A DNA stretch of 64,000 nt from the NCBI GenBank assembly GCA_963832165.1, contig CAWHTE010000001.1, forward strand, positions 544,001 to 608,000, read 5' to 3'. The notes beneath the pieces are model-generated. The model was not told the DNA's origin. It did not search any database and worked only from the letters and a program-made list of their open reading frames with translations. Origin of the DNA: an uncultured delta proteobacterium. Lineage in GTDB: Bacteria; Myxococcota_A; UBA9160; SMWR01. The number at the start of each line of letters is the position of its first letter. The stretch's first letter is position 1. Position numbers and translations under genes: made by a program. This document shows positions 52,377 to 62,622 of this stretch, piece by piece.

Positions 52377-53624
52377 ATGACCGCGATGCACAATCCGATC
52401 GCCACCGAAGATCAGCGCGTCACCGAGCTGCGCGCGCTCGAGCTCGTCGCGCACCCGACGCTCGTGCAGGCGAAGGCCGAGGTGCGCGAGTGGTGGCTCC
52501 GCACGACCGACCCGAGCCCCGACATGCGCGCGTGCTTCGAGTGGGCGTTCGAGGAGGTGATGTTCGCAGCGGTCGTCTGGTCGCTGAACCAGGACCCGCT
52601 CCATCCGCGCGTCGTCACGATCACGCGCCTGGCCCATCGCCTCGAGGGCCGCGACATCCCGGGCTCGCGCTGGGGGCTCGACAACCCCGACTCCATCTAC
52701 CGCGTCATCCCGATCAGCGGGGCCGAGCGCTACGAGATCCGCGGGCGCGTCGCCGAGCGCCGCCTCGCCGAGAACTACTTCACGCTCTGGGACGCGACCA
52801 TGAATACGATCGACGTGCTCGACGGCAAGCGCCTCGTGCTCGACGCCGACCGCCGCTTCACGATCACCGTCGACAGCGAGCCCGCGAATGGGCGCCCCAA
52901 CCACATCCGCTCCACTTCCGCCGCACACGAGTTCTACATCCGCGACGTGATGCTCGACTGGGAGCACGATCGCGCGAACGAGCTCGAGATCGTGCGGCTC
53001 GGTCCGCCGCCGCCGCGCACACCGTTCGACGAGGCGCAGCAGCTCGAGCGCGCCGCGGCGTACATGTGGAAGTGGGCGAAGAGCTCGGAGCGCTGGAACG
53101 CGCAGTCCGACGACAAGCCCGTCAACAAGCTCGAGTTCGTGATCGATCGCCAGACCGACGGTGCGCTGCGCAACCAGGTCTACATCCTCGGCCGCTTCCA
53201 GCTCTCGGATCGCGAGGCGCTGATCGTGAACATCGGCCTCGGCGACGCCGAGTACTTCGTGTGTCCCGTGACGAATCTCTGGGGCACGACGAACGACATC
53301 ACGAGCCGCACGGGCTCGCTGAACAAGGTCCAATCGCTGGCGAATCGCGACGGCACCTATACCTACGTCGTGTCGGCGGTCGATCCCGGCGTGCACAACT
53401 GGGTCGACACTTCGGGCACGCACGAGGGCATCCTCACGCTGCGCTGGGCCGAGTTCCCGAGCGGACGTCCCGGCTCCGACCTGCGCGCCGAGAGCCGCCT
53501 CGTGCCGCTCGACCAGCTGCGCGCGCATCTGCCGCCTGAGACGCGTTTCGTGACGCCGGCGGAGCGAACCCACCAGGTCGCGCGGCGCGCCGCGAGCTAT
53601 GCCTGGCGGCTGCTCGAGAGCTAG
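52377..53624 (+). CDS. DUF1214-type protein
   Basis: GLDNPDSIYR, DGTYTYVVSAVDPGVHNWVDT, LRW. Confidence 0.75.
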   Translation: MTAMHNPIATEDQRVTELRALELVAHPTLVQAKAEVREWWLRTTDPSPDMRACFEWAFEEVMFAAVVWSLNQDPLHPRVVTITRLAHRLEGRDIPGSRWGLDNPDSIYRVIPISGAERYEIRGRVAERRLAENYFTLWDATMNTIDVLDGKRLVLDADRRFTITVDSEPANGRPNHIRSTSAAHEFYIRDVMLDWEHDRANELEIVRLGPPPPRTPFDEAQQLERAAAYMWKWAKSSERWNAQSDDKPVNKLEFVIDRQTDGALRNQVYILGRFQLSDREALIVNIGLGDAEYFVCPVTNLWGTTNDITSRTGSLNKVQSLANRDGTYTYVVSAVDPGVHNWVDTSGTHEGILTLRWAEFPSGRPGSDLRAESRLVPLDQLRAHLPPETRFVTPAERTHQVARRAASYAWRLLES

Positions 53625-53629
53625 TCGCG

Positions 53630-54478
53630 ATGGCCGACGCGCTGGACAAAGTCTGGTTCATCACCGGTTGCTCCACGGGCATGGGCCGCGACATCGCGCT
53701 CGAAGCCCTCGAGCAGGGCTACCGCGTGGTGCTGACCGCACGCAATCCCGACACGCTCGCGGACATCTGTGCTCGCTTCGCGGAGCGATCCGCAGCGGTG
53801 CGGCTCGACGTGACCGACCCGGGGCAGATCGCGTCGGCGGTGCAGCAGGCAGAGCAGGCATTCGATCGGATCGACGTGCTCGTGAACAACGCGGGCTACG
53901 GATACATGTCGGCGATCGAGGAGGGCGACGAGGTCGAGGTGCGCGCGATGTTCGAGACCAACTTCTGGGGCCTGCTCGCAGTGACGCGCGCCGTGCTTCC
54001 ACGGATGCGCGAGCGCCGGGCGGGACAGATCATCAACAACTCCTCGCAGGCGGGCCTCATGTCGTATCCGGGCACCGCCTACTACAGCACGAGCAAGTTC
54101 GCGGTCGAGGCGCTCTCGGAGGGCCTGTCGCGCGAGGTGGCGCCGTTCGGAATCCACGTCACCGCGGTCGAGGCGGGCGCGTTCCGGACCGACTGGGCCG
54201 GCCGCTCGATGCGATGGAACCCGACCCGCATCGCGGACTACGCCGATGTGGTCGGCGCGCGCGCGCAGCTGATCGCGGACATGGACGGCAAGCAGCCCGG
54301 TGATCCCAAGCGCGCGGCCGCCGCGATCGTGGCGCTGGCCCGGTGCGAGAATCCGCCGCGCCAGCTCCTGCTCGGCCGCGGTGTGCTCGCGTCCTACCGC
54401 CAGAAGCTCGCCGAGGTGAGCGCTTCGCTCGACGAGTGGGAAGAGGTGACGCTCGGCGCCGACTTCCCCGCCGACTGA
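53630..54478 (+). CDS. SDR family oxidoreductase
   Basis: TGCSTGMG, NNAGYG, YSTSK, GDPKRAA. Confidence 0.93.
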   Translation: MADALDKVWFITGCSTGMGRDIALEALEQGYRVVLTARNPDTLADICARFAERSAAVRLDVTDPGQIASAVQQAEQAFDRIDVLVNNAGYGYMSAIEEGDEVEVRAMFETNFWGLLAVTRAVLPRMRERRAGQIINNSSQAGLMSYPGTAYYSTSKFAVEALSEGLSREVAPFGIHVTAVEAGAFRTDWAGRSMRWNPTRIADYADVVGARAQLIADMDGKQPGDPKRAAAAIVALARCENPPRQLLLGRGVLASYRQKLAEVSASLDEWEEVTLGADFPAD

Positions 54479-54627
54479 TCGCGGCTCCGACGCGAGATCG
54501 TTAGTCGATCGAATCGACTCGAATTCCCGCATTCGTCCCGCGGTTGTGTCGGTTCGCGCCCGCATGGTACGGTGCCCGGCTTCCCACGTGGACGCTCTGC
54601 GGCGTGGCGCGTGTCGAGGTATGGCGG

Positions 54628-57471
54628 ATGAAGCGGATTCTCCTGGTTGGCGGCGGCGTCGCCCTGTTAGTTACGACGACGCTTCTCGCGAGTGCCCAGC
54701 TCCTCCCGGACATCCCGGACGACTGGAGCGGCATCGACGGCGCCCTGCTTCACGGGACGGTCACGCCGCCCGGAGCGGAGCTGCTCGAGAAGTCCAAGGA
54801 GCTCCGGGCCTATGACGATCTCGTCTACGGCTATCCCTCGCTGACCGAGGCGCAGATCACCTCCACCTATTTCAAGGATGGCCGGTTCCGGCCTGTGACG
54901 AATCCGAAGCGCGTGTACTACCCGCGCAGCGACGTCAAGATCGTGCGCGATGCGGAGTGGGGAGTCCCTCACATCTACGGACTCACCGACTCCGCCGCCG
55001 CGTTCGGCGCGGGCTACGCCGCGGTCGAGGATCGGCTGCCAATCATCATCGCGCTGATCGCGCTGGGCCGCGCCGAAGCATTCGAGCTGCTCGGCGACAA
55101 CGCGTCGTGGCTCGCCGACGCCGAGATCGTCCGACTCTACGGGTACACCGAGCAGGAGTTTCAGGCGATGATCGACCGCCTGCCGATCGTCTACGGCCAG
55201 GACGGGCAGGACGTCGTGGATCTGCTCGGCGAGCTCACGGCCGGCATGAATGCGGCGGTGCTCGGGATCGCACTCGGACAGCTGCCGCTGCCGCCGGGCG
55301 TGCTCGAGCTCGGCGGGCTTCCGGGTCCGTTCCGGACCACCGACATCGTGGCGATCGTCTCGATCGTGCGGGCGTTGTTCGGCGCCGGGGGTGGCGCCGA
55401 ACTCTCGAACGCTTCGCGGATGCTGTCGCTCGTGGAGCAGTACGGGCCCGAGCGCGGCCTCGCGATCTACGAGGACTTCCGCAACCGATTCAGCAACGAC
55501 GGCATCGTGCACACCACTGATTCGTTTCCGTACGGCCAGGTTCCCGCGGTCATCGACCCGGACTCCTCGCCGTACCCCAGCCAGTACAGCGGCGGCGACC
55601 CGGGCGTGCAGGTCTTCCTCGAAAGGCTTCTGGGCATCTTCCCGGGCGGCATGGCGCAGGCCTCGGCACAGACCGCCGACCTCGCCGAGCAGGCGCGCAT
55701 CAAGTACGAACACCTCGTCCTCGACACGCCGGGCGGCCGGATCGATCTCTCGCATCCGGGCCAGCTCAGCAACCACGTCGTGATCGACGGTGCGGTGTCG
55801 AGCACGGGGCACCCGATCCTGCTAGGCGGTCCCCAGGCCGGCTACTTCGACCCGCAGATCCTCGTCGAGAACGAGCTGCACGGCGATCGCATCCACGCGC
55901 GCGGAGCGGGCTTCCCGGGCATGGGATTCGTCGTGATCGGTCGCAGCGCGAACGCCGCCTGGACGGCCACCGCCGGCGGCTCCGACATGATCGACGTCTA
56001 CATCGAGGAGCTCTGCGAGCCGGAGGGCGGGGCGCCTACCGAGGGCTCGCTCCACTACCTGTTCAATGGCAACTGCGTGGCGATGGATCGCCGCGTGCAC
56101 CGCTCGCTGGACGTCGTCCCGATCGATCTGCCCGGCGGCGAGCTCCTGCCCGAGATCATCGTCGAACGCACCGTCCACGGCCCCGTGGTCGCGCGCGGAC
56201 GGATCGGCGACAAGCCCGTCGCGGTGAGTCGCAAGCGCTCGACCTATCTGAAGGAGCTCGACGCGGCGGTCGCCATCCTGCGACTGAACCGCAACCAGGT
56301 ACCCGACGGCGAGAGCTTCGTCCGGGACTTCACGCAGTCGATGAACCTGTCGACCAACTGGACCTACGCCAACGCCAGCGAGATCGCCTACGTGCACGGC
56401 GGCTTGTATCCGGTGCGGCCCGCCGGAGCGCACCCCGATCTCCCGGTATGGGGGACGGGCAACTACGAGTGGCAAGAGGACCCGGGCCTCGAGCACATCG
56501 CGCGCACCAAGCATCCCGCGACCGACAACGACGACGTCTATCTCTCCGACCTGGCGTCGGCGGGCGAGCTCTCGCGGCACCCGCACGAAGTGCGCCCCGA
56601 GCGGCACTACGTCGTGAGCTGGAACAACCGACCGGCACCCGATTGGACCGCCTCCGACGGAAACTGGGGCTTCTCGAGCATCTATCGCGCCGATCTACTC
56701 GAAGATCTCGTGCTCCACGAGATCTCGGCCGACCGCAAGATCAGCCCCACGAGACTCGTGCAGCTCATGGAGCACGCAGGCCTGTCCGATCTGCGCGGGA
56801 CCCACGTCCTCCCGCAGGCGCTCGAGATCCTGAGCCACGCCGATGCGATCGGTCCCAACGCAGCGCAGCGGATCGCCACGCTGCAGGCGTGGGCCGACGG
56901 CTGGACCGACTTCGCGAACGCGCGCGGCCCGCTGCGGCGCGACGGCGATCGCGATGGTGAGTACGATCAGGCCGAGGCCGCCGGCATCATGGATGCGTGG
57001 TGGGATCCGATGATCCACGCGATCTTCGACCCCGGCCTTGCGGGCCGCGATGTGTCGACCGTCTCGCTCCAGGAGTTCCACAACGCTCCGGGGTCGACGG
57101 GCTCCGCGTTCCAGGGCGGCTTCTACGGCCAGGTCCACGCCGACCTCGCGCGAGTGCTAGGTGAGCCGATCCTCTCGCCGACGTCGCAGATCTACTGCGG
57201 CTCGAGTGCCGTCGGCGTCGACGGCGACCTCGTGTCGTGCGCCAATGCGCTGGCGGCTTCGCTCGAGGCGATCTCTCCGAGCAACGCGAGTGCGCTCGGC
57301 GAGCGCATCCTGTTCCTGCCGACCGCCGCGCTGTCGATGCACTGGGTCAACCGGCCGACGACCCAGGGCCTCGCGATGTTCCCCGAGCCGTCGCGAGCGA
57401 CGATGATCGCGGCCGGCGTCGCCCTCGTGGGGATACTCGCGCGCTGGAGGCGCCGGCGACACTCGCGCTGA
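54628..57471 (+). CDS. Penicillin acylase family Ntn-hydrolase with PEP-CTERM
   Basis: WGVPHIYG, FGAGYA, SN nucleophile, RTVHGPV, SWNN, C-terminal FPEPSRATMIAAGVALVGILARWRRRR. Confidence 0.9.
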   Translation: MKRILLVGGGVALLVTTTLLASAQLLPDIPDDWSGIDGALLHGTVTPPGAELLEKSKELRAYDDLVYGYPSLTEAQITSTYFKDGRFRPVTNPKRVYYPRSDVKIVRDAEWGVPHIYGLTDSAAAFGAGYAAVEDRLPIIIALIALGRAEAFELLGDNASWLADAEIVRLYGYTEQEFQAMIDRLPIVYGQDGQDVVDLLGELTAGMNAAVLGIALGQLPLPPGVLELGGLPGPFRTTDIVAIVSIVRALFGAGGGAELSNASRMLSLVEQYGPERGLAIYEDFRNRFSNDGIVHTTDSFPYGQVPAVIDPDSSPYPSQYSGGDPGVQVFLERLLGIFPGGMAQASAQTADLAEQARIKYEHLVLDTPGGRIDLSHPGQLSNHVVIDGAVSSTGHPILLGGPQAGYFDPQILVENELHGDRIHARGAGFPGMGFVVIGRSANAAWTATAGGSDMIDVYIEELCEPEGGAPTEGSLHYLFNGNCVAMDRRVHRSLDVVPIDLPGGELLPEIIVERTVHGPVVARGRIGDKPVAVSRKRSTYLKELDAAVAILRLNRNQVPDGESFVRDFTQSMNLSTNWTYANASEIAYVHGGLYPVRPAGAHPDLPVWGTGNYEWQEDPGLEHIARTKHPATDNDDVYLSDLASAGELSRHPHEVRPERHYVVSWNNRPAPDWTASDGNWGFSSIYRADLLEDLVLHEISADRKISPTRLVQLMEHAGLSDLRGTHVLPQALEILSHADAIGPNAAQRIATLQAWADGWTDFANARGPLRRDGDRDGEYDQAEAAGIMDAWWDPMIHAIFDPGLAGRDVSTVSLQEFHNAPGSTGSAFQGGFYGQVHADLARVLGEPILSPTSQIYCGSSAVGVDGDLVSCANALAASLEAISPSNASALGERILFLPTAALSMHWVNRPTTQGLAMFPEPSRATMIAAGVALVGILARWRRRRHSR

Positions 57472-57489
57472 GCCGGCTCCGCCTCTGGA

Positions 57490-58446
57490 TCACTTCTGGC
57501 CGGCGGCCTCGAGCGACTCGGGCGTGAGGCCCTTGTGCCCCCACACGTCGCCTTCGACGAAGCGATTCGGCGTCCACGACTCGTCCACGAGCACGCCGTG
57601 GCAGCCGACCTCGATGTCGAACCCGACCGGGCTCTTCACGTAGAACGAGAACATGCCGTCGTTGCGATGGCGTCCGAGGCTGGTCGTGATCGGCAGCCGC
57701 GCCGACACGGCGCGGTCGTGGGCGCGGCCCACGTCGTCGATCTCCGGCAGCTCGAACAGCACGTGGTGCAGCGCCGAGATCGGTCCTACCCGCAACAGCG
57801 CCACCGTGTGATGGCGCGCATTGCAGTGCAGGAACCACACGCCCTGCTGCGGCCCGAACGCGACGTAGTCGGAGAGCCGGAAGCCGAGCGCGCCGCACCA
57901 GAACGCGAGCGCTGCGTCGATGTCGGGCACGAGCATCACGACGTGGCCGAGGCCGAGCGGACCCGTCACGAAGCGGTCGACCCCGGCCGGCGACACGAAA
58001 TTGTGATCGCGCGTGACGCCGTGGAAGAGCTCGACGCGGTTGCCCGAGGGATCGCGCAGGTGGATCATCGCGTGCACCGCGCGCGCCTCGAGCTCCTCGG
58101 GCGTCGCGGGCGTGACGGCCACGCCCTTCGCCTCGAGCTCCGCGCGCGCGGTCGCCAGCTCTGCGGGGCCGCGCAGCTCGAAGCCCAGGTAGCGCACGCC
58201 CGGGCCGTCGCCCGGATGCAGCGCGACGCGCCACTGCCAGTCGTCCATCTTCAGGTACACGGATCCGTCGGGCGCGACGCCCGTGCCGCCGCTAGGCGCT
58301 CCCGGGTTCGGCATTCCCGGGATGCCCCAGGCCTCTCCGGGCAGGACGCGCGCGGGCATCAATCCAAGGATCCCCGTCGCGAAGTCGAGCCACGCCTTCG
58401 GGTCGGCGCCCTGGAGACCCACATAACCGAGTTGCCGGATTTCCAT
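57490..58446 (-). CDS. Extradiol ring-cleavage dioxygenase (BphC/HsaC-like)
   Basis: LGYVG, GLGHVV, CNARHH, LHHVLFE, GRHRND, SFY, IEVG. Confidence 0.9.
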   Translation of the reverse strand: MEIRQLGYVGLQGADPKAWLDFATGILGLMPARVLPGEAWGIPGMPNPGAPSGGTGVAPDGSVYLKMDDWQWRVALHPGDGPGVRYLGFELRGPAELATARAELEAKGVAVTPATPEELEARAVHAMIHLRDPSGNRVELFHGVTRDHNFVSPAGVDRFVTGPLGLGHVVMLVPDIDAALAFWCGALGFRLSDYVAFGPQQGVWFLHCNARHHTVALLRVGPISALHHVLFELPEIDDVGRAHDRAVSARLPITTSLGRHRNDGMFSFYVKSPVGFDIEVGCHGVLVDESWTPNRFVEGDVWGHKGLTPESLEAAGQK

Positions 58447-58453
58447 GGACCGA

Positions 58454-59729
58454 TCACCTCTGCTTGACGACGGCCGCCGGGAAGAAGCCGAAGTTCGGAA
58501 TCGCGATGTCGTGGCCGAGCAACGCGAGGCCGTAGACGCGGCCCCAGACGTCCCAGTCGCAGCCGACGTGCGTGACACCCGCGCCGACGTCGCGATAGGC
58601 GCGTTCGACCGCGTCGCCGGTCTTGATGCCGTGTGCGCCGCCGCGGTAGAGCAGGCTCTCGACCGCTTCGAGCAGCATGCGCGCAGTGAACGCCTGGTTG
58701 CGGCGCCAGGTGGCGCGCTGGAACACGGTGGGCGCCTGCCACGCGCCGTACAGCCTCTCGGCCTCCTCGATGTCGCGCAGCATCAATCCCTCGGCCGCGT
58801 CGATGCGCGCTGCCGCGTCGGCGATCCGCAGCTGCACGGCCTGCGTGTCGCCGAGCTTCTCGCGGAACAGGTTCGTGCGCGACTGGAGCCGCTCGGCGGT
58901 CGCTTCGAGTGCGCTGCGCGCGGCTCCGATCAGCGCGGGGGTCACCGTCCAGCCCATCCAGTCGAACGTGGGCACGCGGTGCCACACGGAATCGTGTACG
59001 GCGGCGCCCTGCGTGCGCACACCCTGGTCGGGCGTGCGGTTGCAATCGGCCCAGGAGAGTCGTGCGGTGCTCGGGCACGAACTGCTCGCGCACGACGATG
59101 TCGTTGCTCGCGGTGCCCTTGAGCCCCATCGCGTGCCAGGTGTCGACGATCTCGTACTCGCCGGCCGCGCGCTCGAGGATGAACAGGCGCATCTCGGGCG
59201 GGCCGCCCGCCGCGCCGGGCCGCTCGACCGGGGCGAGCAGGAGATCGAGGTCGCAGTTGAAGGAGCCGCTCGCAAACTCCCAGTGTCCGTCGAGCACGTA
59301 GCCGCCGTCGGCAGGCCTCGCGATTGCGCGCCGCGGAGACCAGCCCGTCGACGCGATCCGCGCGTCGCGCACGGGATCCCCGCTGTTCCAGAGCCACTTC
59401 TGCGTCTCGGCCGGGAAGTGCGCGAGGATCAGCTGGTGCATCGCGTTGTTCTCGTACACCCAGGCCGTGCTCGCACAGCCGCGCCCGAGCTCGGTCGCCA
59501 CGCGGACGTAGGTGGCGAAGTCGAGCTCGTAGCCGCCGTAGGCGCGCGGCTGCAGGATCCGGAACAGGCCCGCGTCCTTGAGCTCGCGGATCGACTCCTC
59601 GGGCACGCGGCGCTCGCGCTCGCAGCGCTCCGCGCGCTCGCGCAGCCGCGGCACCAGCGCGCGCGCGCGTGCGATCAGCTCGTCGACACCCGGCTCGCCG
59701 GCTTCGTTCGCTCGGACCCGTTCCGCCAT
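58454..59729 (-). CDS. Flavin-dependent monooxygenase oxygenase subunit (HsaA-like), frameshift near 59060
   Basis: GLFRILQPRAYGG, STAW, WEFASG, DTWHAMGLKGTASND, ERAYRD. Confidence 0.85.
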
Positions 59730-59742
59730 GGCCGACTCCTTG

Positions 59743-60564
59743 TCAGAGCAGCTCGACCGGGGGATCGACGCCCGGCACGAGCGGCGCGAACGGTGCGACG
59801 AGCAGCGCGCGTCCGCGCTTGCCGGCGTCGATCGCCGCCGCGAGGCCCGCGAAGCGCTGCTCGAAGCACGCCGCGGGGTCCTGTTCGACGAAGCACGCGA
59901 TCAGGATGCGCTCGCCGCACGCCCGGTACCTCGGGCGCGGCCTTCGGCCACCACGCGGCCTTCGGCTTCGGCGTGAAGCAGAGCGCCATCGCGATCGGAG
60001 ACTTCTCGATCGCACCTGGCAGGAATTCCCGCGTGAGCCACGCGCGCAGGTCGTCGAGCGAGGTGTCGGGACGGCGCTCCGTCCACACCAGCACGATGCC
60101 GGGGTAGCGCCGGTCGAGCGCGAGCTCGGGCGGCACGCCATCGGCGTCGCGCAGCGCGCCGCCGAGATAGTCGTATGCCGCGGTCGGTGATCACGTCGCG
60201 CTGATCGAAGTTGCGGCTGGTTCGCGGCGAGTATCGGCATCTGCTCCGCGACGAAGCGCTGCTGATCGTCGTAGCGCCCGCGCTGGATCCAGATCGCCGC
60301 GAGGAACGATCCGCGCGTGATCGGGTCGCAGATCGGATTGCTCGCGGGCTGGCGCAGCGCCTTCTCGCGCCGCGTGGCGATCCAGCGCTGGGTGGCGATC
60401 GTCCAGGGCGCACAGCTGCCCGCGGCGATCAGGTGATCGCGCTCGTACCAGCGGTTCCAGGCCAGCTCGTGGCCGCGGTGCGGTTCCATGAGCGAGAAAA
60501 TCGCGTGGCCGAGCTCGACGCGCCGATCCGAGATCTGCGGTGCGGCCGGGGCGGGATCCGACAC
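59743..60564 (-). CDS. Conserved-looking hypothetical protein (frameshifted)
   Basis: EPHRGHELAWNRWYERDH, ELALDRRYPG, APFAPLVPG segments in successive frames; GGAGGAG RBS. Confidence 0.6.
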   Translation of the reverse strand: MSDPAPAAPQISDRRVELGHAIFSLMEPHRGHELAWNRWYERDHLIAAGSCAPWTIATQRWIATRREKALRQPASNPICDPITRGSFLAAIWIQRGRYDDQQRFVAEQMPILAANQPQLRSARRDHRPRHTTISAARCATPMACRPSSRSTGATPASCWCGRSAVPTPRSTTCARGSRGNSCQVRSRSLRSRWRSASRRSRRPRGGRRPRPRYRACGERILIACFVEQDPAACFEQRFAGLAAAIDAGKRGRALLVAPFAPLVPGVDPPVELL

Positions 60565-60700
60565 GGCGTCTCCTCCGGGCGGCCAGTATCGCTCGCCGCA
60601 CGCGCTCGCGCGCTCGTCATTCTTGCACACGAGGTGCGCGGATCTGCTCCTTGTGTGCCCGGACGCGCCTCCCGTAGGCTCGACGAGCGGAGGAAGACCC

Positions 60701-61606
60701 ATGCCGCTGCGCGGTCTCGGATACCTCGGACTCGCGAGTCCCGACCTCGCGCCCTGGCGCTCGTTCGCGAGCGAGCTGATCGGGCTCGCTCCCGCGGAGG
60801 GTCGTGGCTCGAGCTCGGTGCTGCGCTTCCGCATGGACACGCGCGGCTGGCGGATCGCCGTGCACCGCGCGGCGCGCGGCGGACTCGCCTATGCGGGCTG
60901 GGAGGCGGCGGATCGCGCAGCGCTCGACGAGGTGGGCGCGAGGCTGCGCGCCGCAGGTGTCGCCGTGTCGACACCGAGCGCAGAGGAGCGCGCGGAACGC
61001 GGCGTGTCCGCGCTGCTGCGCTTCAGCGATCCCTGGGGTCACACGCACGAGGTGTTCTCGAGCGCGTTCTACGACTTCGACACCGAGTTCGTCTCGCCCG
61101 CGGGTGTCTCCGGCTTCGTCACCGAGCACGGGATGGGACACCTCCTGCTCGGCGTGCCCGATTGCAACGCGGCCGAGGACTTCTACACGAACGCGCTGGG
61201 CTTGCGGGTGACCGACCGCATGGACATGGGCGGTGGACACCGCGCGGTGTTCCTGCGCGCGAGCCCGCGCCATCACAGCCTCGCGCTCACCGACGTGCTG
61301 CCCGAGCCGGGCCTGCATCACTTCATGCTCGAGACTCGGACGCTCGAAGACGTCGGGCGCGCCTGGGACCGCGTGCAGGACCAGCGCGTTCCGATTCAGA
61401 TGACGCTCGGCCAGCACGCGAACGATCCGCTCGTGTCGTTCTACGCGGCGACACCGGGAGGGTTCGGCGTCGAGATCGGATGGAACGGGATGCTGATCGA
61501 CGAGAGCCGCTGGGCGGTGCGCGAGTTCGGCGGCAAGGGCGAGATCTGGGGCCACCGCGGCGCAGCGATGGAAGAGATCAACGCAGCTCGCGCGAAGGCG
61601 AGCTAG
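60701..61606 (+). CDS. Extradiol ring-cleavage dioxygenase (second copy)
   Basis: LGYLG, GMGHLL, PRHHSLA, LHHFMLE, GQHAND, SFY, VEIG; GGAGG RBS. Confidence 0.9.
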   Translation: MPLRGLGYLGLASPDLAPWRSFASELIGLAPAEGRGSSSVLRFRMDTRGWRIAVHRAARGGLAYAGWEAADRAALDEVGARLRAAGVAVSTPSAEERAERGVSALLRFSDPWGHTHEVFSSAFYDFDTEFVSPAGVSGFVTEHGMGHLLLGVPDCNAAEDFYTNALGLRVTDRMDMGGGHRAVFLRASPRHHSLALTDVLPEPGLHHFMLETRTLEDVGRAWDRVQDQRVPIQMTLGQHANDPLVSFYAATPGGFGVEIGWNGMLIDESRWAVREFGGKGEIWGHRGAAMEEINAARAKAS

Positions 61607-61608
61607 GA

Positions 61609-62622
61609 GTGGCGGGTTTGCGCATCTGTATCCTCGGCGCGGGCGGGCTCGGCTCGCTGGTCGGCGGCTGGCTCGCCGAATCCGGCGTATCGGTCACGCT
61701 GGTCGCGCGCGCGCCGCACGTCGCGGCGATCCGCGCGCGTGGGCTCACGATTCGCGGCATCCGCGGCGAGTGCGTCGTGCGGCGTCAGCTCGAGGCGGTC
61801 GCGACGCCGGCCGAGGCGCGCGGCGAGTTCGACTATCTGATTCTCGCGGTCAAGGCGAAGGACAGCGAGACCGCGCTGGCCGACGCGGCGCCGCTGCTCG
61901 CGCGCACGCGCGCGGCGCTCTCGCTCCAGAACACGCTGTGCAAGGAAGAGATCCTCGCGGCGCATCTCGGCGCGGAGCGCGTGATCGGTGCGTCGACGAC
62001 CGAGGCGGGCACGCTCGTCGAGCCCGGCGTCGTGCAGCACGTGGGCACGGCGCCGACCGCGTTCTATTTCGGCGAGCAGGGCGGCAAGCCCAGCGCACGC
62101 GTCGCCGCGCTCGTGGATGCATTCAACAAGGCGGGCTTCGGCGCGCGCGAGGCCGACGACATCCGCCACGTCGAGTGGGAGAAGCTGCTCCAGATCACCG
62201 CGCTGTGCGCGTGGTCGGTGTCGGCGCTCGGCGTCATGCCGGGCGGGTCCGTGGCAGAGGCGCTCGTGGTACGCGAGGCGGCCGAGCACTATCTCGCGAT
62301 CGCGCGCGAGCTGCTCGCGGTCTATCGCAGCCTCGGCTACGAGCCGCAGGACTTCTTCGCGCCGTACTCGCGCTTCCGCGAGCTCGCGCGCGAGACGGAC
62401 GAGCAGGCGGTCGAGGCGCTGCGCGCGCAGGGGCAGCGCATGCTCGACGCCGGCGTGATCGGGCGCCCGTCGCTGCACGTCGATCTGCTGCGCGGGCGGC
62501 CGACCGAGGTGGAGTACTGCCTCGGTCCGTTCCTGGCGCAGGCCGATCGCGCGGGGATCGCGGTTCCCACGGTGCGCGCGGGCTACCGGATCATCCGCAC
62601 GCTGGAGCAGATGCTGGTATGA
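61609..62622 (+). CDS. Ketopantoate reductase (PanE/ApbA) family oxidoreductase
   Basis: ILGAGGLG, LAVK, SLQN, WEKL, GRPTEVE. Confidence 0.85.
   Translation: MAGLRICILGAGGLGSLVGGWLAESGVSVTLVARAPHVAAIRARGLTIRGIRGECVVRRQLEAVATPAEARGEFDYLILAVKAKDSETALADAAPLLARTRAALSLQNTLCKEEILAAHLGAERVIGASTTEAGTLVEPGVVQHVGTAPTAFYFGEQGGKPSARVAALVDAFNKAGFGAREADDIRHVEWEKLLQITALCAWSVSALGVMPGGSVAEALVVREAAEHYLAIARELLAVYRSLGYEPQDFFAPYSRFRELARETDEQAVEALRAQGQRMLDAGVIGRPSLHVDLLRGRPTEVEYCLGPFLAQADRAGIAVPTVRAGYRIIRTLEQMLV

Noticed and set aside
51444..53624. 726-aa ORF (and 60211-62622, 803 aa) as large fusion proteins
   Set aside because: The N-terminal parts overlap other real genes; plausible starts are 52377 and 61609.
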